Position numbers and translations under genes: made by a program. DNA of 57,133 nucleotides, filler included, from Sphacelaria rigidula (Eukaryota): NCBI GenBank assembly GCA_964200075.2. It is 3 parts of 3 records of this genome, joined end to end, with 100 filler letters (N's around TTAATTAATTAA, not from the genome) between each part and the next. Parts side by side here need not be neighbours in the genome. Positions count along the whole stretch, not along the records: positions 19,093 to 38,073 come from CAXNAA020000755.1; 2 more parts are not named here. One strand, given 5' to 3'. Of the stretch, positions 24,801 to 38,073 are shown piece after piece (positions within the stretch are counted from its first letter, which is position 1; the number at the start of each line of letters is the position of its first letter). The notes beneath the pieces were generated by a model, which saw only the letters and a program-made list of their open reading frames with translations, was not told the DNA's origin and did not search any database.

Positions 24801-27800
24801 TGGAAAACTTGACCCGCGCGTAGCCTGTGGACTGTTGCCACGGAGCCTTGATCGGCCGAGCTCGTATGCCCTCGCGAATCGCCACACCCGTTTTCAGATG
24901 TCAATAGTGAAAAAAAATCCGAGAAACTGATATCAGGGCCCAAAAAATCGCTCATATCTCACTAAAAAGTCCCCAAAACATGAACAAATAATGGAAGGAA
25001 ATGAAACATTTCAAGGAGCCGAAAAACATTCACCATGCCCTCGTAGGTCCTCATCCCAAATGATGAAGCACAATCTCATAATTGTAGCGCGAAACCACAT
25101 AACAAATCAATTTTACCATGGAATTTTGTGTACGACGTATCTCGAGATAAAAAGCAAACTAGGTGAAGGTGGGGATATCGATCGTTTCCCCGTGCTCCGT
25201 GTTTCCACCAACAATTGGCAACATTCGCTGTATTTATCGTTCGGGGTTTCCTATAGAGTTGAGTAGTTGAGTAGTTGAGAAGGGACCCTACCTCCGTACG
25301 GTATAGGAACTACTCGACATGGCGTTCATGAGAAATACGGTTCAACGGGATGCTTGGCTGGCCCAGCCAACACAAAGTTCATTCGGATGATGAGTACGCA
25401 CACCATGCAGGACGGATACGTGATCATGCTTCAAGCGTCGCTCAGCTTCACGCCGGTTCAGCGAAAATAGTTTTCATCACTACGGTGCACTCTCTGCAAT
25501 GATCTCGCGGTGACTCACCAGGGTGGCGCCTGAAGGCTGAGGTGCCAGTGACCCCTCCGTACTCGATCCCACACCGGATGGCTGGAAAGTAGCACAAGTG
25601 AAACGAAAGGAGCGGCATAGAAGGATGAGTCTTCATGCTAGCTTCGAAAAAGAAAAATACTCACCAACAGGCAAATAATTCATGACATGACAATGGAAGT
25701 GTCTCGCGGAGTTGCACAAGGCACTTTGTATCTACCCTTTAACCTATCTACTGCGTGTCAGAAGCTTGTACCCAGTCGAGATCACGCACCTCCGAACTAG
25801 GTTTAAACGATAATAGCTGCGGACTGGGCGTAGCACTCGGTTTAGAAGCTGGATCAAAGACAGGGACAGGGGTAGGTTGCCCGCTAGTCGTGAAGCTAGC
25901 CGGCGCGGATGTGGCGTCAGAACTTGGCTGTGCCGTGGGCACTGGCGCGGGGCCAGTAGTCACCGGGGATACAGGGTCAACTGCAGCTCTTGAGGTGGGC
26001 TCCACGGTAGGCTTTGCAATCGAATCTCCCGAAGGCGCCGGCGTCGACAACATCGGCGGCACAAGCCGCGGACTGGGCACGGTGGTTTGTTTGGGAGTCG
26101 AATCAGCAACAGGAACAGCGGTGGGTTCCCCACTGGCCGTAGACGTCGACTGCGCGGGTATGCCGTCCGAAGTTGGCGGTGCCGTGGGCGTGAACGCGGG
26201 GCTCAAAGTTACAGGAGATACGGGATCAACCGCGGCCCCCGAGGTGGGCTCAACGGTGGACTGTGAGATGGAGTCTACCGATGGCGCAGGTGTCGACGCC
26301 GTCGGGAATACCGGTCGCATGCTAGGCACAGTGGTTTGCTGGGAAGTGGGGTCAGCAGCGGGAACACGAGTGGGCTCCTCGCTAGCCGTAGACGTAGCCG
26401 GCGCGGATGTAACGTCCGAAGTTGGATGTACAGTCAGCGCCGGCGACGGGCCCCGAGTCACCGGAGATACGGAGCCACCTGTAGCTACATCGGTGGGCTC
26501 CACGCTGGGCTGTGTGATCGAATCTCCTGATGGTGCAGGTGTCGACGCCGTCGGGGGTACAGGTCGCGTGCTAGGCACAGTGGTCTGTTGGGAAGTCGGA
26601 TCAGCGACAGGAACAGCGGTGGGTTCCCCGTCAGCTGTAGCGCCAGCCGGCGCGGATGTGGCGTCCGAAGAAGGTTGTACCGTCAGCGCTGGCGAGGAGC
26701 TTGGAGTCACCGGGGATACGGGATCAACTGTAGCTCCTGTGGTGGGCTCCACGGTGGACTGTGAGATCGCATCTCCTAACGGCGCAGGTGTCGACGCCGT
26801 CGGGAATACAGGTCGAGTGCTAGGCACAGTGGTTTGTTGGGAAGTCGGGTCAGCGACGGGAACACGAGTGGGCTCCCCGCTAGCCGTAGACGTAGCCGGA
26901 GCGGATGTGGCGTCCGAAGTTGGTCGTACAGTCAGCGCTGGCGAGGAGCTTGGGGTCACCGGGGATACGGGGCCACGTGTGGCTTCATCGGTGGGCTCAA
27001 CGGTGGACTGTGAGATCGCATCTCCTGATGGAGTAGGCGTCGACGCCGTCGGGGATACAGCTCGCGTGCTAGGCACAGTGGTTTGTTTGAAAGTCCGATC
27101 AGCGACGGGAACGGGGGTAGGTTGCCCGCTAGCCGTAGACGTAGCCGGCGCGGGTGTGGCGTCCAGAGTTGGTTGTACAGTCAGCGCTGGCGAGGGGCCT
27201 GGGGTCACCGGGGATACGGGGTCAACTGTAGCTACAGCGCTGGGTTCAACGCTGGACTGAGTGATCGAACCTCCCGACGGTGCAGGCGTCGACCCCGTCG
27301 GTGAAACAAGCTGCGGACTGGGTACAGTGGTTTGTTGGAAAGCCGTATCAGCAAAGGGGACAGGGGTGGGTTGCCCGCTAGCCGTGGAGGCAGCCAACGC
27401 GGGGGTGGCATCAAAAGTTGGTTGTACAGTCAGCGTCGGCGCGGGGCCCGTAGTCACCGGAGATACGGGGTCAACTGTACCTACAGAGGTGGGCTCCACG
27501 GTGAGCTTTGAAATCGCATCTCCCGACGGCGCAGGTGTCGACGCCACCGGCGGCACGAGCACCGTGCTAGGCACAGTGGTTTGTGTGGGAGTCGGATCAG
27601 CGAACGGAACAGCGGTGGGCTCCCCGCTAGCAGCAGAGGCCACCGGCGCAGGTGTGGCATCAGAACTTGGTTGTACAGTCAGCGCAAGTGGGGGGCTCGG
27701 CGTCACCGAGGATACCGGGTCACGCGGAGCACTCGTTGTGGGCTCGACGCTAGGCGGTGAGATCGAATCTCCCGACGGCGCAGGTGTCGACGCCATCGCG

Positions 27801-30800
27801 AATACAGGTCGAGTGCTAGGCACAGTGGTTTGCTGGGAAGTCGGGTCAGCGACAGGAACACGAGTGGGCTTCCCGCTGGCCGTAGACGTAGCCGGCGCGG
27901 ATGTGGCGTCCGAAGTTGGTTGTACAGTCAGCGCCGGTGGGGGGCTTGGCGTCACAGGGGATACGGAGTCACGCGGAGCCCTCGTTGTGGGCTCGACGCT
28001 AGGCGGTGAGATCGAATCTCCCGATGGCGTAGGGGTCGACGCCGTCGGAGGTACAGATCGAGTGCTAGGCACAGTGGTTTGCTGGGAAGTGGGGTCAGCA
28101 GCGGGAACACGAGTGGGCTCCCCGCTGGCCGTAGACGTGGCCGGCGCGAATGTGGCGTCCGAAGTTGGTTGTACAGTCAGCGCCGGCGACGGGCTCTGAG
28201 TCACCTGAGATACGGGGCCACGTGGAGCTACATGGGTGGGCTCCACGGTGGACTGTGAGATCGAATCTCCCGACGGCGCCGGCGTCGACGCCGTCGGGAA
28301 TACAGGTCGCATGCTAGGCACAGTGGTTTGCTGGGAAGAGGGGTCAGCGGAGTGAACAAGGGTGGGCTCCCCGCTAGCCGTAGACGTAGCCGGCGCGGAT
28401 GTGACGTCCGAAGTTGGTTGTACCGCCGGCACTGGCGCGGGGCCTGGGGTTACCAGGGATACGGAGCCACCTGTAGCTACATCGGTGGGCTCCACGCTGG
28501 GCTGTGCGATCGAATCTCCTGATGGTGCAGGTGTCGACGCCGTCGGGGGTACAGGTCGCATGCTAGGCACAGTGGTCTGTTGGGAAGTCGGATCAGCAAC
28601 AGGAACAGCAGTGGGTTCCCCGTCAGCTGTAGCGCCAGTCGGCACGGGTGTGGTGCCCGAAGTTGGTTGTACCGTCAGCGCTGTCGAGGAGCTTGGAGTC
28701 ACCGGGGACACGGGGTCAACTGTAGCTCCTGTGGTGGGCTCCACGGTGGACTGTGAGGTCGAATCTCCCGATGGCGCAGGTGTCGACGCCGTCGGGAATA
28801 CAGGTCGAGTGGTAGGCACAGTGGTTTGCTGGGAAGTGGGGTCAGCAGCGGGAACACGAGTGGGCTCCCCGCTAGCCGTAGACGTAGCCGGAGCGGATGT
28901 GGCGTCCGAAGTTGGTTGTACAGTCAGCGCTGGCGACGGGCTTGGACCCACCGGCGATACGGGGTCAACTGCAACTACTGCGGTAGGCTCTACACTGGGC
29001 TGTGCGATCGAATCTCCTGATGGCGTGGGCGTCGACGCCGTCGGGGGTACAGGTCGCGTGCTAGGCACAGTGGTTTGTTGGGAAGTCGGATCAGCGGAGG
29101 GAACAGGGGTGGGTTGCCCGCTAGCCGTAGACGTAGCCGGCACGGGTGTGGTGCCCGAAGTTGGTTGTACCGTCAGCGCTGGCGAGGGGCCTGGAGTCAC
29201 CGGGGATACGCGGTCAACTGTGGCTCCCGCGGTGGGTTCAACGGTGGATTGTGAGGTCGAATCTCCCGACGGCGCAGGCGTCGACGCCGTCGGGGGTGCA
29301 GATCGCATGGTCGGGACAGTGGTTTGCTGGGAAATCGGATCACCGACGGGGACAGGGGTGGGCTCCCCGCTAGCCGTAGACGTAGCCGGCGCGGTCGTGG
29401 TTTCCGAAGTTGGTTGTACAGTCACGGCTAGCGAGGGGCTTGAAGTTAACGGGGTTACGGAGCCAAGGGTGGCTCCTGCGGTGGGCTCAACGGTGGACTG
29501 TGAGATAGAATCTCCCGACGGCGCAGGTGTCGACGCCACCGGGGGTGTAGATCGCGTGCTAGGCACAAGGGTTTGTTGGGGAGTCGGATCAGCGACGGGA
29601 ACGGGGGTTGGCTGCCCGCTAGCAGTAGAGGCAGCCGGCACGGATATGGCATCCGAAGTTGGTTGTACTGTCAGCGCTGGCGAGGGGCTTGGCGTCACCG
29701 GGGATACGGAGTCACGTGCAGCTGCTGTGGTGGGCTTGACGCTGGGCGGTGAGATTGAATCTCCCGTTGGGGCAAGTGTCAACCCTGCTGGGGGTGTAGG
29801 TCGCGTGCTAGGCACAGCAGTTTGTTGGGAAGCCAGATTAGCGGATGGAACAGGGGTGGGCTCCCGGCTGACCGTAGAGGCAGCTGGCGCGGGTGTGGCG
29901 TACGAAGTTGGCTGTGCCGTGGGCACTGCCGCGGGGCCCGGAGTCACCGGGGATACGGGGTCAACTGTGGCTCCTGCGGTGGGTTCGACGGTGGACTGTG
30001 AGATCGAATCTCCCGATGGCGCAGGTGTCGACGCCGTCGGGGGCACAATGCGCGGACTCGGTACAGTGGTTTGCTGGGAAGTCGGATCAGCAACGGGAGC
30101 AGAGGTGGGTTCCTGGCTGGCAGTGGGGGTGGAGTGCGCAAATGTGGGGTCAGAAGTTGGCTGTGCCATGGGAATCGGCGCGGGGCCCGGTGTCACCAGG
30201 GGTACGGGGTCAACGGTGGCTCCTGCGGTGGGCTCAACGGTGGACTGTGAGATCAAATCACCCGATGGCGCAGGTGTCGACGCCGTCGGGGGCACAAGCC
30301 GCGGACTGGGCGCAGCGGTTAGTTTGGAAGAAGTGTAAGCGGTGGGAACGGGGGTAGGTTTTGTGCTTGGTTCAAGAGGAGGCTGTGCGGAGATGGAGTC
30401 AGAAGTTGGCAGGACAGTGGGCGCTCGCGCGGGGTCCGGAGTCAATGCAGGTACGGGGCCAACGGTGACCCCTGAGTTGGGCTCTACGCTTGGCTGTATG
30501 ATCGAATCTCCCGATGGCGCAGGCGTCGTCACCGTCGGGGGCGCAAGCTGCGGGCTGAGTGTAACGGTTTGTTGAGAAGTCGGATCACCGATAGGAGCAG
30601 AGGAAGACTGTGCGGATGTGGCGTCAGGAGATGGCCCTGCTGTGGGCGCTGGTGCGGGACCAGGAGTCACTGCAGACACAGGGTCAGGGGTGGCTCCCAC
30701 GGTGGGCTGTGTGATCAAATCTCCCGATGGCACTGGCGTCATCATCGGGGGATTACGCTGCGGGCTGGGTGCAGCGGTTAGTTTGATAGTCGGACCAGTC

Positions 30801-33800
30801 ATGGGAAGAGGGGTGTATGTCATGCTTGGTACAAGGGGAGACTGTTCAGATGTGGAGTCTGGAGTTGGCTGTGCCGTGGTCGCTGGCTCTGGGCCCGGAG
30901 TCCCTGCAGTTACGGAGTCAAGCGTGGCTTCTACGGTTGGCTCTACAGTGGACAGGTCAATCGAATCGTCCGATGGTGCAGGGGTCGACTCTTTCGCTGG
31001 CAGGCGCGTGGACACGGCGCTGGGTTCCTGCGGTATGAGTCGTTTGATATGAAGGATGTAAGGGGTAACACTGAGAAGTTGATATGCGACAGAAAGGATT
31101 ATTGAAGTAGAACGCGAGAAGACGGTAGCCGACATCGATATATCGTGCGGAGTAATAATCACACCACCTGACCTCATTTCGAGGTTGACCTTCGAGAAGT
31201 ATCAACTCTTCTTGCCACATACCATCATCCTATGGACACACCTTCGATATTTCTTGCAAAACGTAGCCACCAGTGACGTGTACATCTCGAGACAAGTCAA
31301 AATATTTTCATATATACATGCCTACGGATACCACGTCGGGGTGTAAAAACAAATCAAGGTGGAGGAAGGGTAAGAGGTAGAATCCACCCGTTCGAATCTA
31401 GAGTGGGCGAGCTGATCACATTGTGACAAAGAGCGCGGAGTGAACTTGTCAAAGTCAAGCACAACGCCGAATTCTATTCGGACAAGCCCCAAATTTATAA
31501 GAACACGCATTTGCGCGACGTACTGCGTACTTCTGATTTATGGGCTCCGCAAACGTGATTTTGAAAGGGCACTTCGACTGCGAAGGTGGCTAGCGGACAA
31601 TACGTATCAAATGCTTTTTGCGGCGTCCCAGAAAGGTGTTATGTAGCCGCCGACCACGACAAGCATCGACGCATTACACGTTTCATCTGACAAGCACCAG
31701 TTGCTGGCAACATTTATATCCGCAGAACATACACTCGCCGATGTCGGACAATACTGACCGTTCTTGTTTGCACAAGCGTATACTGTCTGCATTTCATGTG
31801 TCATCTGTACCGTGCAGCCATGTAGGACGTACCACCATCTTGTGCAGGAACTGTACTGTATACAACACAGACGGTACAAGTCGTTCAAACGATACAGTGA
31901 CACATCGTCTGCACGGCCCGTAGCCTATACTAACGCTACAAAAGAGATCAAATACAGCACTGTACTGAACTGTACACAAAAAAACATTACTACTGCACAA
32001 CAGGGTAAACACCTCACGTTAACTATGAGCTGATTCCACACCACATGACGTTGTGCACTTGTGAACTACGGCGAAGTCTAACCCGAGACATGTGGTGGAA
32101 AGCTCAGGTGGATGATCGCATTCACATATCGATACCAACGCCTGCTGGCCACTGGATCGTGAGGCATGCCGTTGAGTCATACTCGTAGACTCATAGTTCT
32201 CGTTAGGGCGAGAACAAAAGAAACTGCTTCAACAAAAAAAGCGTTGTCCCCGCAATCCATTCGAGTAACAGATCTGTAAAAACTTCGCCGGAATTGCTTC
32301 TTTCAGTCTTGACTGGTGAACGTGGCTAAATTTATCCCCAGAAGGTGAACAAAACGGATTCCTTTGTCACGAGTTAGCCCACAGATTCATTATTCAGATC
32401 CATGGTCGCACAATAGGTGTCGGATTCTGGTTGCATGAAGCGTAATTAGTCGCACCTCTCACGGCACAGAGACGAATAAATTCTCCCAACAGCACCCAGT
32501 TAAGCCTCGTTGTCTTGACTATGGACGGCCGCGAGTCCCCCTCTGGGCGGAAATGTCTGTACAGCTAAACAAGCTGACCCACCGTGCCATGGACTCAACA
32601 CCGGGAGTCTATCCCGGTTCAAGTTTCGCCTTTCATGTGTGTTCTCAGGCTTGTGGGTTTGAGTGGGATTCGATTCGAGTTGCTGAAACGATTTTCGACC
32701 CCAGCGACATACAGTGTGAGGAAAAGTACGATGCAGTACAGGACAAGCCGCAATTGAGTTTAGCTAGTGCCCCCTTTCGGACACTGAATGCCACAAGTTG
32801 CTTTTGGGGAAGCTGGCGTTTCAGCAGTCAAACGCGTCTCCTGCCGTGGTTCCGGTTCCGCAACTTCACTCTGGCGAGAGTTCCACCTTCCGTATGTGCG
32901 GGGCACGTGTGTGCATCCGTGAGCGCATTTTTTGCGATACAACGGACCAGGTGTCGACGGTGTCTTGGCTGTAAATATTAGAAGGAGAAAAACTTGGTCG
33001 CGGCCTATTGAATCTACTTTGGCCACGACAGCTTCGTCAACCCTCAAAGCGCATCAATCGAGGACTATACGATCCTCGTCACGGGCCGAATCTAGCCCCG
33101 GAGGCATGGAGCAGCTTTTGAAACTCCGGCGGCAGCATGCAAAAATAGGTGAAAGTCTTGCTCCCGTGGCTCTACCTGATTGTGCAGCACTCAGTCCAAC
33201 ATTACTTCAAATCGCAAGCACGTGAACAACCCCTGATGAAATGAGGTAGACCCTGGATGGGAGGTCCGCTCGGCCAGTGGTGATCTTCAGGGGAAATTTA
33301 CGTCTCGAAATAAAGACGAGCGGGGTCCGCTTTTAGATTGACGGAAGCAATTTCTGCGCCGATCGTTGTTTTCTGGAAGTGAGGCGCCACTCAAGCGCGA
33401 TCATCGTTCGCGGGATGCACCCTTGACCAACAGCAAAGCAAATTACAGGTCAGCATTTGGGAAATAGTATCCAGAATCCATAACTTTCGCCGCTCGTGGT
33501 TCCATATTCAAAGTTCGAGTTCATTGAGGGTCAAAGTGCAGTTATCTCAAATCCTTGTACCCCGCCATACCTCGGTTGTTGACTGCGGTCCCACCAGCGG
33601 CTGCAACGTGGTAGGAGGGACCTGCGAGCAGATGCCAAAGTCAATAGCTTAGGTCTCACGCGATGTACACAGAGCATTCAGGGGGCGAAGTAGGTTTTGC
33701 GCTCGAACGGAGCTATGTCCTCTTTTTGTGACAAAATGAAAAATGTGCGTAAAAAAAAAAATGCGCCCACTTCACATTCCGGCGTCAGCAGTCATAACGA

Positions 33801-36800
33801 GGCAAAGCTCGACACGCTCCACATTTTTCACATAAGCATCACGCACGTCTTGTTTTCCTTTGATGATTTTCACAGCGCGCAGGGTTATTCAAATTGTTTT
33901 AAAAAGTCTGCAGCTATGAACTCGTTCGAGGGGTTGCCCACCGACTTGTGCCCACGACGTATGTACGGGAGGCAAACCATGCAGAATGGGGAAAAAACTG
34001 CACGAAGACGGCAAGGCTACGTTTCTGTGGTGCCATGAGTAGGACTGTCCTTCGCCACAAGCAACTTACAAATCGACAATTCCAGTGAGTCTGACGGTAT
34101 GATTTTGACCTGAGAAACAGATTTTCGTGTTTTGTGTCCTATAAAAACTGTTCATTGGCTGCTCAAAGCTGGCGGAAACTAAGGGAATTTGGGTCTCTCC
34201 GGAGCTTGGCTTGTGGGATTCGACCGTAAAGCTCCGATCTACACAACTCTCGATGAGTCTGACATGCGGAAGACATACCCAACTCACATATTGGGTTTGT
34301 TTGGACACAAAAAATATGGCGTAAAGTAGAATCAGGAATAAGCGATAAAATAACATGTGAACGTCGTTAGGAGGATCGGAAAACTGCTGCGAGTACCAAA
34401 AAATGATAATTCGGGCAAAACAGCAAGACGTCACACCCTGACAAAATAATACAGTGTCAGAAAGTTCATTGCGTACAGTATGGAATCTCTGTACACTTTT
34501 CTGACAATGCAATCTAGTGTTAAAGTCTACAGTACATAAAGTACGATGTGACGGCGTGACATGTACGGCGGTGCACACCATCCAGAGCTCATTGGGGGAA
34601 CTTCCTGTACTGTACTGCATGCACTGCGCGCAAGACTTTCGAGCATCTTGCTGCGCGCGCTCGTCGGCGGTTCCCACCGACAAATGGGAATCGACACCTT
34701 ACGAAGTGCATGAGTTTCAAGGTCATGTGACCGCGAATTCAGCAAACACGAGGCATCGTGGTAGCCAGAAAGAGCAACACACTTCGATGAGAAAGACTGT
34801 ACAGTATGCCAGCGTTTCTGCTCAATCATTTTGTATGTTCACATATACGGGGATCACGAAGATGCATCAATTCGGTAAGAAATGGTTGACGGTAACAGCT
34901 CGAAACAGTGAGTAATTCATTTTTACAAGGAAATATAAAAGTGCCGGGCGGACCGGCTTGGTCGTTCGTTTCATGCCGAGGAGAAAGTACTGTGCCGTGG
35001 CAATGGCGATCAAAGATTCATCGGCATGGGGGTCAAACTCGAACGGGGCGTCGAGGCTCATTCGCGGAGAATTAATTAATTGTCACCACTTCGTATGGGG
35101 TAAGGTTGAGTGGTACCAATTCGTTGCCAGATGAGATGTAGTTCAGCACACTTCGGTCGGATAACAACGGGACTTTCAGCATGGCTCCAGTGACGGCTCG
35201 ATTTCTTGCTCTAGTATTTCCAACACAAGGAGGCAATGTCATTCGCATCCTTGCCGCATTGCACCCACGGAATTCATTTTAGGGCATCATCTCTTATAAG
35301 CACATTCAGGGGAGAGGAGAGAAGTACGCACGCGGTCGGACGTCAGAGGGAGGGGCGCCTCCAATGAACCAGGCGATGGTTATCGCGCGCCTCTTCATGC
35401 CATTTTGAGGGCACGAACACGTTGTACTGTGGTACCGGGCACGTGCGATTGGAGCAGCGCATACTTGAGAGTTTCACAGACTCGACGTACGCAATGCTAT
35501 CAAAAATACCGGTCGGGTTTAGGCCGTGAAGCGGTTGTTTGTTGCACCTGACACCATCACCTGGTATGGAATGTACCCTGTACTGTTTTTTTCGGCAAAT
35601 GAAAACGTGAGACGATAGGGGACTCGTAATTAATGACTGCTCGTTTCAGTATATTTCTGGAGCCCCCATCATTTTGGGCCCCTCTTATCGAAGAGGATTT
35701 CCCTTTTTTCACGATCCCCTTTCGACGGGGGATTGCCCCCGTAACGACCAGTCCTGAGTCCTATCGAGAAGCAATTTTGTACAGATTGGGCCCCAGATCT
35801 GCACACAGGTCCAGAAATGTGGCAGGTCTGGATGTGGTCGTTAGTCCAAGGTATATGTAATGCTACAAACAAGACGCAACAAGGCGACGCAACAACTACA
35901 CACCCAGCCCCGGAAACACGCACAGACACCCACCACTCATGCGCACTAGTTTCACCACTAGCCCTTGCTAATCTACACACGACAGTCTTTGTTTGACGGA
36001 AATCTGTCCTGTATTGGACGAATGGCGGCCGCGTGCGTGTAAAAAGAAAAGACGTGTCGTTGTAGACCGTTTGAAAGGGTGTCCTGTGCGTGCGTCTCAC
36101 ACGAATATCATCTCTCAATGAATTCTGAACAGATTTGAGCAAGGTCACGCACAGCGTGCACAGCTGATGAGCAGGTACGGCTCGAGCTGTGTGTTTTTGG
36201 TTTACGGGGCCATCAAGCTCCTCACGTTCAGCTCTTTTTGTGTTGGCTTGGGTGGTGAGGCTTTGCATGTGCCCCTATGAACCGGACATGTATGTTCTCC
36301 TTCGAGGTGTCCGGAAATCCCCTTTTCAACAGAAGATTTTTTTTCGGGGGGGGGGGAGGATTGCAGCGACCAATCAGCGGTCGTTTTTCGAAAAGGAGAT
36401 TTCGAAAAAGGGTGAAATCCCCTTCGTTGAGACGGGCCCGTACAGGGTACTATCGACAACCAGCGCTGTGTACACATGCTGGATCCGGATCTTCCTCCGA
36501 AAAAATATTCGTGGGAAGGGAGTGCGACAAAAAACGGACGTAGAGATGCTCGAATGAGGTATCGAATGGATTTTACGACACCAGAGGGTGTCAAGTTACA
36601 AGTGGAGTAGTTGGGACAGCGAAATATGCATGACACTTTACAGTGCATCGTTACTTCACAAAATACAAACGAAGTCTGCAAGGTGAATGCGGTTACACAC
36701 GAGAACAACAAATACCGAGCAAGGAACGAAACACGTGATGGTCACCATGGGCGGAAGTGCTGGCGATGGTGTCTCAGGCTCGACTGGCGATAACGTCCGT

Positions 36801-38073
36801 ATGTCAGTTTCATCTCCAGATGGCGTTGGTGTTGACACTATCGACTGCGCACAGTATGAACGAAACGCAAGGGGACGACAGAATCGGACATTGAGCGAGC
36901 TGAGTCATGCACAGCGACTCGCGGGCTGGGCTAGGCGTAGATGAACAAAAGACAAGTCACTGGAGGTGGAGAACACCAACGAGATAACCCCCGCATCAAG
37001 AACTGAATTATTTCCTCACTTGGGATGCAGCACACTCAAAATCGACTGATCAATCCGAGCGTAGTTCTCGAAAGACGTTTGCGAACACAGGCACACACAA
37101 CGCATCGGTCATACCTCCGGGGGGGGCGTCAAGACAGGTTGGTCTACGCCCATGAGCGAAGGTGCTGGCGATGCCCTCGGAGCCGAAGTTGGATCCTCTG
37201 AGTCAGCTACCGTAGGTTTTGGAGACGACGCCGGAGCCGGCGTTGGATCCTCGGACTCGGCAGGTGTAGGTATTGGCGACTCCGCCGGAGCCGATGTTGA
37301 ATTTTCTGTCTCCGCTTCCGTAGGTTTCGGCGACGCTGCCGGAGCCGGCGATGGATCCTCAGACTCAGCAAGGGTAGGTTCTGGTGACGCCGCCGGACCC
37401 GGCGTCGGATCCTCAGACTCAGCCCCTGTGGGTTTCGGCGACACCGCCATAGATGGCGTTGGATTCTCGGAACCAACAAGCGTAGGTTCCGGTGACGCCA
37501 CCGGACCCGGCGTCGGGTCTTCGGGCTCACCAAGCGTTGGTTCCAGCGACGCCGCCGGAACCGGCGTTAGATCCTCAGACTCAGCTTCCGTAGGTTCCAG
37601 CGACGCCGCCGGAGCCGAAGTTGGGTCTTCGGACTGAGCTCTTGTGGGTTCCGGCGACGCCGCCGGAGCCAGCGTTGCATCTTCAAATTCAGCTTCCGTA
37701 GGTTTTCGTGACGCGGCCGGAGCCAGCGTTGGAATGTTGAAATCAGAGATTGAAGGTTTCGGCGACGCCGACGGAGCCGAAGTTGGGTCTTCGAACGCAC
37801 CAAGCGTGGGTTCCTGCGACGCCGCCGGAGCCGGCCTTGCATTCTCGGACTCGGCAGCTGTGGGTTCCGGCGACGCGGCCGGAGCCGGCGTTGTACCTTC
37901 AGAATCAGCCTGTGTAGGTTCTGGCGAAGTCGCCGGAGCCGAAGTTGGGTCTTCGAACGCACCAAGCGTGGGTTCCTGCGACGCCGCCGGAGCCGGCGTT
38001 GCATTCTCGGACTCGGCAGCTGTGGGTTCCGGCGACGCGGCCGGAGCCGGCGTTATACCTTCAGAATCAGCCT
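19093..38073 (-). CDS. Internal part of a giant Pro/Thr/Ser/Ala-rich mucin/adhesin-like repeat protein (both ends lost in gaps)
   Basis: Exons in transcription order: 37115-38073 (open at gap; donor GAG|gtatga), 36746-36844 (SIVSTPTPSGDET...PALPPM), 25790-31027 (5238 nt, cag|GAACCC...GAG|gtgcgt), 25519-25581 (PSGVGSSTEGSLAPQPSGATL), 19093-22149 (cag|TCTCCC..., open at gap). All junctions are phase 0 with canonical splice sites, giving ~9.4 kb of open frame. Additional small exons cannot be excluded. Confidence 0.75.
23634..24135. repeat. Degenerate ~190-bp inverted repeat pair in an intron
   Basis: 23634-23824 aligns with the reverse complement of 23936-24135. Shared blocks: cgatgaa, gtctgcgca, tacccgctgg, tcccacactcccac, ttggctgccac, tatcattg. 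Confidence 0.75.
24142..24267. mobile_element. Palindromic MITE with piggyBac-like ends (TCAA|CCCT...AGGG|TCAA)
   Basis: Arms gtgacgact...tgtgaatcggcatc (24161-24192) and gatgccgattcaca...atcgtcac (24218-24248) are near-perfect complements. Termini CCCT/AGGG are flanked by the identical 4-mer TCAA. Confidence 0.6.
25800..30750 (-). repeat. Coding tandem repeat B: 249 bp / 83 aa, about 19 copies with degenerate ends
   Basis: Unit TASTPAPSGDSISQSTVEPTAGATVDPVSPVTPGPSPALTVQPTSDATSAPATSTASGEPTRVPAADPTSQQTTVPSTRPVPP. The gtcgac marker occurs at 26292, 26541, 26790, 27039, 27288, 27537 (249-bp spacing). Confidence 0.93.
37150..38073 (-). repeat. Coding tandem repeat C: 54 bp / 18 aa, acidic, about 17 copies (truncated by gap)
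   Basis: Units such as SPEPTAAESENATPAPAA and SPEPTLAESEDPSPAPAA. Confidence 0.9.

Noticed and set aside
25755-30338. Plus-strand ORFs of 501, 312 and 658 aa
   Set aside because: Antisense shadows of repeat B. They are broken by stops while the minus frame is continuous for 5.2 kb.
32400-33650. Possible decayed coding/transposase sequence within the large intron
   Set aside because: Multiple stops in the frames examined and no motif I can identify.
10167-38073. Functional cluster of a mannosyltransferase and a mucin-like substrate
   Set aside because: The two are separated by an artificial linker, and ALG9 acts on the dolichol-linked N-glycan precursor rather than on O-glycosylation.
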